This document shows positions 10,201 to 25,200 of a DNA stretch of 64,000 nt, piece by piece. The position numbers were made by a program, and so were the translations under genes. Each line of letters begins with the position of its first letter. The stretch's first letter is position 1. The notes under the pieces are model-generated. The model was not told where the DNA came from and did not search any database. It saw only the letters and a list, made by a program, of their open reading frames with translations. Source of the DNA: Yuukianura sp. NJ FZ-2021 (lineage: Eukaryota); assembly GCA_046563655.1 (NCBI GenBank), contig CM102283.1:310001-374000 (forward strand). Direction: 5' to 3'.

Positions 10201-13200
10201 TAACAGCCGCGTAATGTTTAGGCGTTGGTACATCGGCGTAAGAGCAAGCAGAAAGCGGACTTAGGTGGTACTATTGTAACAAAGAAAAACCTATAATTAC
10301 ATCAGGTGAACTCGTAAAAGCCCTGATATCAGTTCTCTTCAAAGCCAAATTTTGAAGTGATGAGAAATAATCGTTGCTATAGTTTTACAGTTTGATTAAA
10401 CTAGCTTTGTTGACGCTCATGGTGTAAACTTCAATGCATTTGCGCTTGGTTTGAAAATGTGTTTTTCCAGAATACTTTGGTGCTGTAAGCCTCGCTCACC
10501 TTTCCCAACAGCAAAAATAACTGTGAAATGCACCCAAAGAAGAACAACGTGATTTCTGTAACAGGGCCAAAATGTGGCACTGGACTGCGAGTCAGCATGC
10601 CACTGGCGAAGCCAATAAAACTCGATCACGTCAAGGGATGGGACAAGTGATCCGTATCTTCATAGACTCAGTGACCTTTCCGGCACTCGCGAAATAAGTC
10701 GTAACGACACAAAAATATTGGTTAACAGCCGCGTAATGTTTAGGCGTTGGTACCTCGGCGTAAGAGCAAGCAGAAAGCGGACTTAGGTGGTACTATTGTA
10801 ACAAAGAGAAACCTATAATTACATCAGGCAAACTCGTAAAAGCCCTGATATCAGTTCTCTTCAAAGCCAAATTTTGAAGTGATGAGAAATAGTCGTTGCT
10901 ATAGTTTTACAGTTTGATTAAACTAGCTTTGTTGACGCTCATGGTGTAAACTTCAATGCATTTGCGCTTGGTTTGAAAATGTGTTTCTCCAGAATACTTT
11001 GGTGCTGTAAGCCTCGCTCACCTTTCCCAACAGCAAAAATAACTGTGAAATGCACCCAAAGAAGAACAACGTGATTTCTGTAACAGGGCCAAAATGTGGC
11101 ACTGGACTGCGAGTCAGCATGCCACTGGCGAAGCCAATAAAACTCGATCACGTCAAGGGATGGGACAAGTGATCCGTATCTTCATAGACTCAGTGACCTT
11201 TCCGGCACTCGCGAAATAAGTCGTAACGACACAAAAATATTGGTTAACAGCCGCGTAATGTTTAGGCGTTGGTACATCGGCGTAAGAGCAAGCAGAAAGC
11301 GGACTTAGGTGGTACTATTGTAACAAAGAAAAACCTATAATTACATCAGGTGAACTCGTAAAAGCCCTGATATCAGTTCTCTTCAAAGCCAAATTTTGAA
11401 GTGATGAGAAATAGTCGTTGCTATAGTTTTACAGTTTGATTAAACTAGCTTTGTTGACGCTCATGGTGTAAACTTCAATGCATTTGCGCTTGGTTTGAAA
11501 ATGTGTTTCTCCAGAATACTTTGGTGCTGTAAGCCTCGCTCACCTTTCCCAACAGCAAAAATAACTGTGAAATGCACCCAAAGAAGAACAACGTGATTTC
11601 TGTAACAGGGCCAAAATGTGGCACTGGACTGCGAGTCAGCATGCCACTGGCGAAGCCAATAAAACTCGATCACGTCAAGGGATGGGACAAGTGATCCGTA
11701 TCTTCATAGACTCAGCGGCCTTTCCGGCACTCGCGAAATAAGTCGTAACGACACAAAAATATTGGTTAACAGCCGCGTAATGTTTAGGCGTTGGTACCTC
11801 GGCGTAAGAGCAAGCAGAAAGCGGACTTAGGTGGTACTATTGTAACAAAGAAAAACCTATAATTACATCAGGTGAACTCGTAAAAGCCCTGATATCAGTT
11901 CTCTTCAAAGCCAAATTTTGAAGTGATGAGAAATAGTCGTTGCTATAGTTTTACAGTTTGATTAAACTAGCTTTGTTGACGCTCATGGTGTAAACTTCAA
12001 TGCATTTGCGCTTGGTTTGAAAATGTGTTTCTCCAGAATACTTTGGTGCTGTAAGCCTCGCTCACCTTTCCCAACAGCAAAAATAACTGTGAAATGCACC
12101 CAAAGAAGAACAACGTGATTTCTGTAACAGGGCCAAAATGTGGCACTGGACTGCGAGTCAGCATGCCACTGGCGAAGCCAATAAAACTCGATCACGTCAA
12201 GGGATGGGACAAGTGATCCGTATCTTCATAGACTCAGTGGCCTTTCCGGCACTCGCGAAATAAGTCGTAACGACACAAAAATATTGGTTAACAGCCGCGT
12301 AATGTTTAGGCGTTGGTACCTCGGCGTAAGAGCAAGCAGAAAGCGGACTTAGGTGGTACTACTGTAACAAAGAGAAACCTATAATTACATCAGGCAAACT
12401 CGTAAAAGCCCTGATATCAGTTCTCTTCAAAGCCAAATTTTGAAGTGATGAGAAATAGTCGTTGCTATAGTTTTACAGTTTGATTAAACTAGCTTTGTTG
12501 ACGCTCATGGTGTAAACTTCAATGCATTTGCGCTTGGTTTGAAAATGTGTTTTTCCAGAATACTTTGGTGCTGTAAGCCTCGCTCACCTTTCCCAACAGC
12601 AAAAATAACTGTGAAATGCACCCAAAGAAGAACAACGTGATTTCTGTAACAGGGCCAAAATGTGGCACTGGACTGCGAGTCAGCATGCCACTGGCGAAGC
12701 CAATAAAACTCGATCACGTCAAGGGATGGGACAAGTGATCCGTATCTTCATAGACTCAGTGACCTTTCCGGCACTCGCGAAATAAGTCGTAACGACACAA
12801 AAATATTGGTTAACAGCCGCGTAATGTTTAGGCGTTGGTACATCGGCGTAAGAGCAAGCAGAAAGCGGACTTAGGTGGTACTATTGTAACAAAGAAAAAC
12901 CTATAATTACATCAGGTGAACTCGTAAAAGCCCTGATATCAGTTCTCTTCAAAGCCAAATTTTGAAGTGATGAGAAATAGTCGTTGCTATAGTTTTACAG
13001 TTTGATTAAACTAGCTTTGTTGACGCTCATGGTGTAAACTTCAATGCATTTGCGCTTGGTTTGAAAATGTGTTTTTCCAGAATACTTTGGTGCTGTAAGC
13101 CTCGCTCACCTTTCCCAACAGCAAAAATAACTGTGAAATGCACCCAAAGAAGAACAACGTGATTTCTGTAACAGGGCCAAAATGTGGCACTGGACTGCGA

Positions 13201-16200
13201 GTCAGCATGCCACTGGCGAAGCCAATAAAACTCGATCACGTCAAGGGATGGGACAAGTGATCCGTATCTTCATAGACTCAGTGACCTTTCCGGCACTCGC
13301 GAAATAAGTCGTAACGACACAAAAATATTGGTTAACAGCCGCGTAATGTTTAGGCGTTGGTACATCGGCGTAAGAGCAAGCAGAAAGCGGACTTGGGTGG
13401 TACTATTGTAACAAAGAAAAACCTATAATTACATCAGGTGAACTCGAAAAAGCCCTGATATCAGTTCTCTTCAAAGCCAAATTTTGAAGTGATGAGAAAT
13501 AGTCGTTGCTATAGTTTTACAGTTTGATTAAACTAGCTTTGTTGACGCTCATGTTGTAAACTTCAATGCATTTGCGCTTGGTTTGAAAATGTGTTTCTCC
13601 AGAATACTTTGGTGCTGTAAGCCTCGCTCACCTTTCCCAACAGCAAAAATAACTGTGAAATGCACCCAAAGAAGAACAACGTGATTTCTGTAACAGGGCC
13701 AAAATGTGGCACTGGACTGCGAGTCAGCATGCCACTGGCGAAGCCAATAAAACTCGATCACGTCAAGGGATGGGACAAGTGATCCGTATCTTCATAGACT
13801 CAGCGACCTTTCCGGCACTCGCGAAATAAGTCGTAACGACACAAAAATATTGGTTAACAGCCGCGTAATGTTTAGGCGTTGGTACATCGGCGTAAGAGCA
13901 AGCAGAAAGCGGACTTAGGTGGTACTATTGTAACAAAGAGAAACCTATAATTACATCAGGCAAACTCGTAAAAGCCCTGATATCAGTTCTCTTCAAAGCC
14001 AAATTTTGAAGTGATGAGAAATAGTCGTTGCTATAGTTTTACAGTTTGATTAAACTAGCTTTGTTGACGCTCATGGTGTAAACTTCAATGCATTTGCGCT
14101 TTTTTTGAAAATGTGTTTCTCCAGAATACTTTGGTGCTGTAAGCCTCGCTCACCTTTCCCAACAGCAAAAATAACTGTGAAATGCACCCAAAGAAGAACA
14201 ACGTGATTTCTGTAACAGGGCCAAAATGTGGCACTGGACTGCGAGTCAGCATGCCACTGGCGAAGCCAATAAAACTCGATCACGTCAAGGGATGGGACAA
14301 GTGATCCGTATCTTCATAGACTCAGTGACCTTTCCGGCACTCGCGAAATAAGTCGTAACGACACAAAAATATTGGTTAACAGCCGCGTAATGTTTAGGCG
14401 TTGGTACATCGGCGTAAGAGCAAGCAGAAAGCGGACTTAGGTGGTACTATTGTAACAAAGAAAAACCTATAATTACATCAGGTGAACTCGTAAAAGCCCT
14501 GATATCAGTTCTCTTCAAAGCCAAATTTTGAAGTGATGAGAAATAGTCGTTGCTATAGTTTTACAGTTTGATTAAACTAGCTTTGTTGACGCTCATGGTG
14601 TAAACTTCAATGCATTTGCGCTTGGTTTGAAAATGTGTTTCTCCAGAATACTTTGGTGCTGTAAGCCTCGCTCACCTTTCCCAACAGCAAAAATAACTGT
14701 GAAATGCACCCAAAGAAGAACAACGTGATTTCTGTAACAGGGCCAAAATGTGGCACTGGACTGCGAGTCAGCATGCCACTGGCGAAGCCAATAAAACTCG
14801 ATCACGTCAAGGGATGGGACAAGTGATCCGTATCTTCATAGACTCAGTGACCTTTCCGGCACTCGCGAAATAAGTCGTAACGACACAAAAATATTGGTTA
14901 ACAGCCGCGTAATGTTTAGGCGTTGGTACATCGGCGTAAGAGCAAGCAGAAAGCGGACTTAGGTGGTACTATTGTAACAAAGAAAAACCTATAATTACAT
15001 CAGGTGAACTCGTAAAAGCCCTGATATCAGTTCTCTTCAAAGCCAAATTTTGAAGTGATGAGAAATAGTCGTTGCTATAGTTTTACAGTTTGATTAAACT
15101 AGCTTTGTTGACGCTCATGGTGTAAACTTCAATGCATTTGCGCTTGGTTTGAAAATGTGTTTCTCCAGAATACTTTGGTGCTGTAAGCCTCGCTCACCTT
15201 TCCCAACAGCAAAAATAACTGTGAAATGCACCCAAAGAAGAACAACGTGATTTCTGTAACAGGGCCAAAATGTGGCACTGGACTGCGAGTCAGCATGCCA
15301 CTGGCGAAGCCAATAAAACTCGATCACGTCAAGGGATGGGACAAGTGATCCGTATCTTCATAGACTCAGTGGCCTTTCCGGCACTCGCGAAATAAGTCGT
15401 AACGACACAAAAATATTGGTTAACAGCCGCGTAATGTTTAGGCGTTGGTACCTCGGCGTAAGAGCAAGCAGAAAGCGGACTTAGGTGGTACTACTGTAAC
15501 AAAGAGAAACCTATAATTACATCAGGCAAACTCGTAAAAGCCCTGATATCAGTTCTCTTCAAAGCCAAATTTTGAAGTGATGAGAAATAGTCGTTGCTAT
15601 AGTTTTACAGTTTGATTAAACTAGCTTTGTTGACGCTCATGGTGTAAACTTCAATGCATTTGCGCTTGGTTTGAAAATGTGTTTTTCCAGAATACTTTGG
15701 TGCTGTAAGCCTCGCTCACCTTTCCCAACAGCAAAAATAACTGTGAAATGCACCCAAAGAAGAACAACGTGATTTCTGTAACAGGGCCAAAATGTGGCAC
15801 TGGACTGCGAGTCAGCATGCCACTGGCGAAGCCAATAAAACTCGATCACGTCAAGGGATGGGACAAGTGATCCGTATCTTCATAGACTCAGTGACCTTTC
15901 CGGCACTCGCGAAATAAGTCGTAACGACACAAAAATATTGGTTAACAGCCGCGTAATGTTTAGGCGTTGGTACCTCGGCGTAAGAGCAAGCAGAAAGCGG
16001 ACTTAGGTGGTACTATTGTAACAAAGAGAAACCTATAATTACATCAGGCAAACTCGTAAAAGCCCTGATATCAGTTCTCTTCAAAGCCAAATTTTGAAGT
16101 GATGAGAAATAGTCGTTGCTATAGTTTTACAGTTTGATTAAACTAGCTTTGTTGACGCTCATGTTGTAAACTTCAATGCATTTGCGCTTGGTTTGAAAAT

Positions 16201-19200
16201 GTGTTTTTCCAGAATACTTTGGTGCTGTAAGCCTCGCTCACCTTTCCCAACAGCAAAAATAACTGTGAAATGCACCCAAAGAAGAACAACGTGATTTCTG
16301 TAACAGGGCCAAAATGTGGCACTGGACTGCGAGTCAGCATGCCACTGGCGAAGCCAATAAAACTCGATCACGTCAAGGGATGGGACAAGTGATCCGTATC
16401 TTCATAGACTCAGTGGCCTTTCCGGCACTCGCGAAATAAGTCGTAACGACACAAAAATATTGGTTAACAGCCGCGTAATGTTTAGGCGTTGGTACCTCGG
16501 CGTAAGAGCAAGCAGAAAGCGGACTTAGGTGGTACTATTGTAACAAAGAGAAACCTATAATTACATCAGGCAAACTCGTAAAAGCCCTGATATCAGTTCT
16601 CTTCAAAGCCAAATTTTGAAGTGATGAGAAATAGTCGTTGCTATAGTTTTACAGTTTGATTAAACTAGCTTTGTTGACGCTCATGGTGTAAACTTCAATG
16701 CATTTGCGCTTGGTTTGAAAATGTGTTTTTCCAGAATACTTTGGTGCTGTAAGTCTCGCTCACCTTTCCCAACAGCAAAAATAACTGTGAAATGCACCCA
16801 AAGAAGAACAACGTGATTTCTGTAACAGGGCCAAAATGTGGCACTGGACTGCGAGTCAGCATGCCACTGGCGAAGCCAATAAAACTCGATCACGTCAAGG
16901 GATGGGACAAGTGATCCGTATCTTCATAGACTCAGCGGCCTTTCCGGCACTCGCGAAATAAGTCGTAACGACACAAAAATATTGGTTAACAGCCGCGTAA
17001 TGTTTAGGCGTTGGTACATCGGCGTAAGAGCAAGCAGAAAGCGGACTTGGGTGGTACTATTGTAACAAAGAGAAACCTATAATTACATCAGGTGAACTCG
17101 AAAAAGCCCTGATATCAGTTCTCTTCAAAGCCAAATTTTGAAGTGATGAGAAATAGTCGTTGCTATAGTTTTACAGTTTGATTAAACTAGCTTTGTTGAC
17201 GCTCATGTTGTAAACTTCAATGCATTTGCGCTTGGTTTGAAAATGTGTTTCTCCAGAATACTTTGGTGCTGTAAGCCTCGCTCACCTTTCCCAACAGCAA
17301 AAATAACTGTGAAATGCACCCAAAGAAGAACAACGTGATTTCTGTAACAGGGCCAAAATGTGGCACTGGACTGCGAGTCAGCATGCCACTGGCGAAGCCA
17401 ATAAAACTCGATCACGTCAAGGGATGGGACAAGTGATCCGTATCTTCATAGACTCAGTGACCTTTCCGGCACTCGCGAAATAAGTCGTAACGACACAAAA
17501 ATATTGGTTAACAGCCGCGTAATGTTTAGGCGTTGGTACATCGGCGTAAGAGCAAGCAGAAAGCGGACTTAGGTGGTACTATTGTAACAAAGAAAAACCT
17601 ATAATTACATCAGGTGAACTCGTAAAAGCCCTGATATCAGTTCTCTTCAAAGCCAAATTTTGAAGTGATGAGAAATAGTCGTTGCTATAGTTTTACAGTT
17701 TGATTAAACTAGTTTTGTTGACGCTCATGGTGTAAACTTCAATGCATTTGCGCTTGGTTTGAAAATGTGTTTCTCCAGAATACTTTGGTGCTGTAAGCCT
17801 CGCTCACCTTTCCCAACAGCAAAAATAACTGTGAAATGCACCCAAAGAAGAACAACGTGATTTCTGTAACAGGGCCAAAATGTGGCACTGGACTGCGAGT
17901 CAGCATGCCACTGGCGAAGCCAATAAAACTCGATCACGTCAAGGGATGGGACAAGTGATCCGTATCTTCATAGACTCAGCGGCCTTTCCGGCACTCGCGA
18001 AATAAGTCGTAACGACACAAAAATATTGGTTAACAGCCGCGTAATGTTTAGGCGTTGGTACCTCGGCGTAAGAGCAAGCAGAAAGCGGACTTAGGTGGTA
18101 CTATTGTAACAAAGAAAAACCTATAATTACATCAGGTGAACTCGTAAAAGCCCTGATATCAGTTCTCTTCAAAGCCAAATTTTGAAGTGATGAGAAATAG
18201 TCGTTGCTATAGTTTTACAGTTTGATTAAACTAGCTTTGTTGACGCTCATGTTGTAAACTTCAATGCATTTGCGCTTAGTTTGAAAATGTGTTTCTCCAG
18301 AATACTTTGGTGCTGTAAGCCTCGCTCACCTTTCCCAACAGCAAAAATAACTGTGAAATGCACCCAAAGAAGAACAACGTGATTTCTGTAACAGGGCCAA
18401 AATGTGGCACTGGACTGCGAGTCAGCATGCCACTGGCGAAGCCAATGAAACTCGATCACGTCAAGGGATGGGACAAGTGATCCGTATCTTCATAGACTCA
18501 GTGGCCTTTCCGGCACTCGCGAAATAAGTCGTAACGACACAAAAATATTGGTTAACAGCCGCGTAATGTTTAGGCGTTGGTACCTCGGCGTAAGAGCAAG
18601 CAGAAAGCGGACTTAGGTGGTACTATTGTAACAAAGAGAAACCTATAATTACATCAGGCAAACTCGTAAAAGCCCTGATATCAGTTCTCTTCAAAGCCAA
18701 ATTTTGAAGTGATGAGAAATAGTCGTTGCTATAGTTTTACAGTTTGATTAAACTAGCTTTGTTGACGCTCATGGTGTAAACTTCAATGCATTTGCGCTTG
18801 GTTTGAAAATGTGTTTCTCCAGAATACTTTGGTGCTGTAAGCCTCGCTCACCTTTCCCAACAGCAAAAATAACTGTGAAATGCACCCAAAGAAGAACAAC
18901 GGGATTTCTGTAACAGGGCCAAAATGTGGCACTGGACTGCGAGTCAGCATGCCACTGGCGAAGCCAATAAAACTCGATCACGTCAAGGGATGGGACAAGT
19001 GATCCGTATCTTCATAGACTCAGTGGCCTTTCCGGCACTCGCGAAATAAGTCATAACGACACAAAAATATTGGTTAACAGCCGCGTAATGTTTAGGCGTT
19101 GGTACCTCGGCGTAAGAGCAAGCAGAAAGCGGACTTAGGTGGTACTATTGTAACAAAGAAAAACCTATAATTACATCAGGTGAACTCGTAAAAGCCCTGA

Positions 19201-22200
19201 TATCAGTTCTCTTCAAAGCCAAATTTTGAAGTGATGAGAAATAGTCGTTGCTATAGTTTTACAGTTTGATTAAACTAGCTTTGTTGACGCTCATGGTGTA
19301 AACTTCAATGCATTTGCGCTTGGTTTGAAAATGTGTTTTTCCAGAATACTTTGGTGCTGTAAGCCTCGCTCACCTTTCCCAACAGCAAAAATAACTGTGA
19401 AATGCACCCAAAGAAGAACAACGTGATTTCTGTAACAGGGCCAAAATGTGGCACTGGACTGCGAGTCAGCATGCCACTGGCGAAGCCAATAAAACTCGAT
19501 CACGTCAAGGGATGGGACAAGTGATCCGTATCTTCATAGACTCAGCGGCCTTTCCGGCACTCGCGAAATAAGTCGTAACGACACAAAAATATTGGTTAAC
19601 AGCCGCGTAATGTTTAGGCGTTGGTACCTCGGCGTAAGAGCAAGCAGAAAGCGGACTTAGGTGGTACTATTGTAACAAAGAGAAACCTATAATTACATCA
19701 GGCAAACTCGTAAAAGCCCTGATATCAGTTCTCTTCAAAGCCAAATTTTGAAGTGATGAGAAATAGTCGTTGCTATAGTTTTACAGTTTGATTAAACTAG
19801 CTTTGTTGACGCTCATGTTGTAAACTTCAATGCATTTGCGCTTGGTTTGAAAATGTGTTTTTCCAGAATACTTTGGTGCTGTAAGCCTCGCTCACCTTTC
19901 CCAACAGCAAAAATAACTGTGAAATGCACCCAAAGAAGAACAACGTGATTTCTGTAACAGGGCCAAAATGTGGCACTGGACTGCGAGTCAGCATGCCACT
20001 GGCGAAGCCAATAAAACTCGATCACGTCAAGGGATGGGACAAGTGATCCGTATCTTCATAGACTCAGTGGCCTTTCCGGCACTCGCGAAATAAGTCGTAA
20101 CGACACAAAAATATTGGTTAACAGCCGCGTAATGTTTAGGCGTTGGTACCTCGGCGTAAGAGCAAGCAGAAAGCGGACTTAGGTGGTACTATTGTAACAA
20201 AGAGAAACCTATAATTACATCAGGCAAACTCGTAAAAGCCCTGATATCAGTTCTCTTCAAAGCCAAATTTTGAAGTGATGAGAAATAGTCGTTGCTATAG
20301 TTTTACAGTTTGATTAAACTAGCTTTGTTGACGCTCATGGTGTAAACTTCAATGCATTTGCGCTTGGTTTGAAAATGTGTTTTTCCAGAATACTTTGGTG
20401 CTGTAAGTCTCGCTCACCTTTCCCAACAGCAAAAATAACTGTGAAATGCACCCAAAGAAGAACAACGTGATTTCTGTAACAGGGCCAAAATGTGGCACTG
20501 GACTGCGAGTCAGCATGCCACTGGCGAAGCCAATAAAACTCGATCACGTCAAGGGATGGGACAAGTGATCCGTATCTTCATAGACTCAGCGGCCTTTCCG
20601 GCACTCGCGAAATAAGTCGTAACGACACAAAAATATTGGTTAACAGCCGCGTAATGTTTAGGCGTTGGTACATCGGCGTAAGAGCAAGCAGAAAGCGGAC
20701 TTGGGTGGTACTATTGTAACAAAGAGAAACCTATAATTACATCAGGTGAACTCGAAAAAGCCCTGATATCAGTTCTCTTCAAAGCCAAATTTTGAAGTGA
20801 TGAGAAATAGTCGTTGCTATAGTTTTACAGTTTGATTAAACTAGCTTTGTTGACGCTCATGTTGTAAACTTCAATGCATTTGCGCTTGGTTTGAAAATGT
20901 GTTTCTCCAGAATACTTTGGTGCTGTAAGCCTCGCTCACCTTTCCCAACAGCAAAAATAACTGTGAAATGCACCCAAAGAAGAACAACGTGATTTCTGTA
21001 ACAGGGCCAAAATGTGGCACTGGACTGCGAGTCAGCATGCCACTGGCGAAGCCAATAAAACTCGATCACGTCAAGGGATGGGACAAGTGATCCGTATCTT
21101 CATAGACTCAGTGACCTTTCCGGCACTCGCGAAATAAGTCGTAACGACACAAAAATATTGGTTAACAGCCGCGTAATGTTTAGGCGTTGGTACATCGGCG
21201 TAAGAGCAAGCAGAAAGCGGACTTAGGTGGTACTATTGTAACAAAGAAAAACCTATAATTACATCAGGTGAACTCGTAAAAGCCCTGATATCAGTTCTCT
21301 TCAAAGCCAAATTTTGAAGTGATGAGAAATAGTCGTTGCTATAGTTTTACAGTTTGATTAAACTAGTTTTGTTGACGCTCATGGTGTAAACTTCAATGCA
21401 TTTGCGCTTGGTTTGAAAATGTGTTTCTCCAGAATACTTTGGTGCTGTAAGCCTCGCTCACCTTTCCCAACAGCAAAAATAACTGTGAAATGCACCCAAA
21501 GAAGAACAACGTGATTTCTGTAACAGGGCCAAAATGTGGCACTGGACTGCGAGTCAGCATGCCACTGGCGAAGCCAATAAAACTCGATCACGTCAAGGGA
21601 TGGGACAAGTGATCCGTATCTTCATAGACTCAGCGGCCTTTCCGGCACTCGCGAAATAAGTCGTAACGACACAAAAATATTGGTTAACAGCCGCGTAATG
21701 TTTAGGCGTTGGTACCTCGGCGTAAGAGCAAGCAGAAAGCGGACTTAGGTGGTACTATTGTAACAAAGAAAAACCTATAATTACATCAGGTGAACTCGTA
21801 AAAGCCCTGATATCAGTTCTCTTCAAAGCCAAATTTTGAAGTGATGAGAAATAGTCGTTGCTATAGTTTTACAGTTTGATTAAACTAGCTTTGTTGACGC
21901 TCATGTTGTAAACTTCAATGCATTTGCGCTTAGTTTGAAAATGTGTTTCTCCAGAATACTTTGGTGCTGTAAGCCTCGCTCACCTTTCCCAACAGCAAAA
22001 ATAACTGTGAAATGCACCCAAAGAAGAACAACGTGATTTCTGTAACAGGGCCAAAATGTGGCACTGGACTGCGAGTCAGCATGCCACTGGCGAAGCCAAT
22101 GAAACTCGATCACGTCAAGGGATGGGACAAGTGATCCGTATCTTCATAGACTCAGTGGCCTTTCCGGCACTCGCGAAATAAGTCGTAACGACACAAAAAT

Positions 22201-25200
22201 ATTGGTTAACAGCCGCGTAATGTTTAGGCGTTGGTACCTCGGCGTAAGAGCAAGCAGAAAGCGGACTTAGGTGGTACTATTGTAACAAAGAGAAACCTAT
22301 AATTACATCAGGCAAACTCGTAAAAGCCCTGATATCAGTTCTCTTCAAAGCCAAATTTTGAAGTGATGAGAAATAGTCGTTGCTATAGTTTTACAGTTTG
22401 ATTAAACTAGCTTTGTTGACGCTCATGGTGTAAACTTCAATGCATTTGCGCTTGGTTTGAAAATGTGTTTCTCCAGAATACTTTGGTGCTGTAAGCCTCG
22501 CTCACCTTTCCCAACAGCAAAAATAACTGTGAAATGCACCCAAAGAAGAACAACGGGATTTCTGTAACAGGGCCAAAATGTGGCACTGGACTGCGAGTCA
22601 GCATGCCACTGGCGAAGCCAATAAAACTCGATCACGTCAAGGGATGGGACAAGTGATCCGTATCTTCATAGACTCAGTGGCCTTTCCGGCACTCGCGAAA
22701 TAAGTCATAACGACACAAAAATATTGGTTAACAGCCGCGTAATGTTTAGGCGTTGGTACCTCGGCGTAAGAGCAAGCAGAAAGCGGACTTAGGTGGTACT
22801 ATTGTAACAAAGAAAAACCTATAATTACATCAGGTGAACTCGTAAAAGCCCTGATATCAGTTCTCTTCAAAGCCAAATTTTGAAGTGATGAGAAATAGTC
22901 GTTGCTATAGTTTTACAGTTTGATTAAACTAGCTTTGTTGACGCTCATGGTGTAAACTTCAATGCATTTGCGCTTGGTTTGAAAATGTGTTTTTCCAGAA
23001 TACTTTGGTGCTGTAAGCCTCGCTCACCTTTCCCAACAGCAAAAATAACTGTGAAATGCACCCAAAGAAGAACAACGTGATTTCTGTAACAGGGCCAAAA
23101 TGTGGCACTGGACTGCGAGTCAGCATGCCACTGGCGAAGCCAATAAAACTCGATCACGTCAAGGGATGGGACAAGTGATCCGTATCTTCATAGACTCAGC
23201 GGCCTTTCCGGCACTCGCGAAATAAGTCGTAACGACACAAAAATATTGGTTAACAGCCGCGTAATGTTTAGGCGTTGGTACCTCGGCGTAAGAGCAAGCA
23301 GAAAGCGGACTTAGGTGGTACTATTGTAACAAAGAAAAACCTATAATTACATCAGGTGAACTCGTAAAAGCCCTGATATCAGTTCTCTTCAAAGCCAAAT
23401 TTTGAAGTGATGAGAAATAGTCGTTGCTATAGTTTTACAGTTTGATTAAACTAGCTTTGTTGACGCTCATGGTGTAAACTTCAATGCATTTGCGCTTGGT
23501 TTGAAAATGTGTTTCTCCAGAATACTTTGGTGCTGTAAGCCTCGCTCACCTTTCCCAACAGCAAAAATAACTGTGAAATGCACCCAAAGAAGAACAACGT
23601 GATTTCTGTAACAGGGCCAAAATGTGGCACTGGACTGCGAGTCAGCATGCCACTGGCGAAGCCAATAAAACTCGATCACGTCAAGGGATGGGACAAGTGA
23701 TCCGTATCTTCATAGACTCAGCGGCCTTTCCGGCACTCGCGAAATAAGTCGTAACGACACAAAAATATTGGTTAACAGCCGCGTAATGTTTAGGCGTTGG
23801 TACATCGGCGTAAGAGCAAGCAGAAAGCGGACTTAGGTGGTACTATTGTAACAAAGAAAAACCTATAATTACATCAGGTGAACTCGTAAAAGCCCTGATA
23901 TCAGTTCTCTTCAAAGCCAAATTTTGAAGTGATGAGAAATAGTCGTTGCTATAGTTTTACAGTTTGATTAAACTAGCTTTGTTGACGCTCATGGTGTAAA
24001 CTTCAATGCATTTGCGCTTGGTTTGAAAATGTGTTTCTCCAGAATACTTTGGTGCTGTAAGCCTCGCTCACCTTTCCCAACAGCAAAAATAAATGTGAAA
24101 TGCACCCAAAGAAGAACAACGTGATTTCTGTAACAGGGCCAAAATGTGGCACTGGACTGCGAGTCAGCATGCCACTGGCGAAGCCAATAAAACTCGATCA
24201 CGTCAAGGGATGGGACAAGTGATCCGTATCTTCATAGACTCAGCGGCCTTTCCGGCACTCGCGAAATAAGTCGTAACGACACAAAAATATTGGTTAACAG
24301 CCGCGTAATGTTTAGGCGTTGGTACATCGGCGTAAGAGCAAGAAGAAAGCGGACTTAGGTGGTACTATTGTAACAAAGAAAAACCTATAATTACATCAGG
24401 TGAACTCGAAAAAGCCCTGATATCAGTTCTCTTCAAAGCCAAATTTTGAAGTGATGAGAAATAGTCGTTGCTATAGTTTTACAGTTTGATTAAACTAGCT
24501 TTGTTGACGCTCATGTTGTAAACTTCAATGCATTTGCGCTTAGTTTGAAAATGTGTTTCTCCAGAATACTTTGGTGCTGTAAGCCTCGCTCACCTTTCCC
24601 AACAGCAAAAATAACTGTGAAATGCACCCAAAGAAGAACAACGTGATTTCTGTAACAGGGCCAAAATGTGGCACTGGACTGCGAGTCAGCATGCCACTGG
24701 CGAAGCCAATAAAACTCGATCACGTCAAGGGATGGGACAAGTGATCCGTATCTTCATAGACTCAGTGGCCTTTCCGGCATTCGCGAAATAAGTCATAACG
24801 ACACAAAAATATTGGTTAACAGCCGCGTAATGTTTAGGCGTTGGTACCTCGGCGTAAGAGCAAGCAGAAAGCGGACTTAGGTGGTACTATTGTAACAAAG
24901 AAAAACCTATAATTACATCAGGTGAACTCGTAAAAGCCCTGATATCAGTTCTCTTCAAAGCCAAATTTTGAAGTGATGAGAAATAGTCGTTGCTATAGTT
25001 TTACAGTTTGATTAAACTAGCTTTGTTGACGCTCATGTTGTAAACTTCAATGCATTTGCGCTTAGTTTGAAAATGTGTTTCTCCAGAATACTTTGGTGCT
25101 GTAAGCCTCGCTCACCTTTCCCAACAGCAAAAATAACTGTGAAATGCACCCAAAGAAGAACAACGTGATTTCTGTAACAGGGCCAAAATGTGGCACTGGA

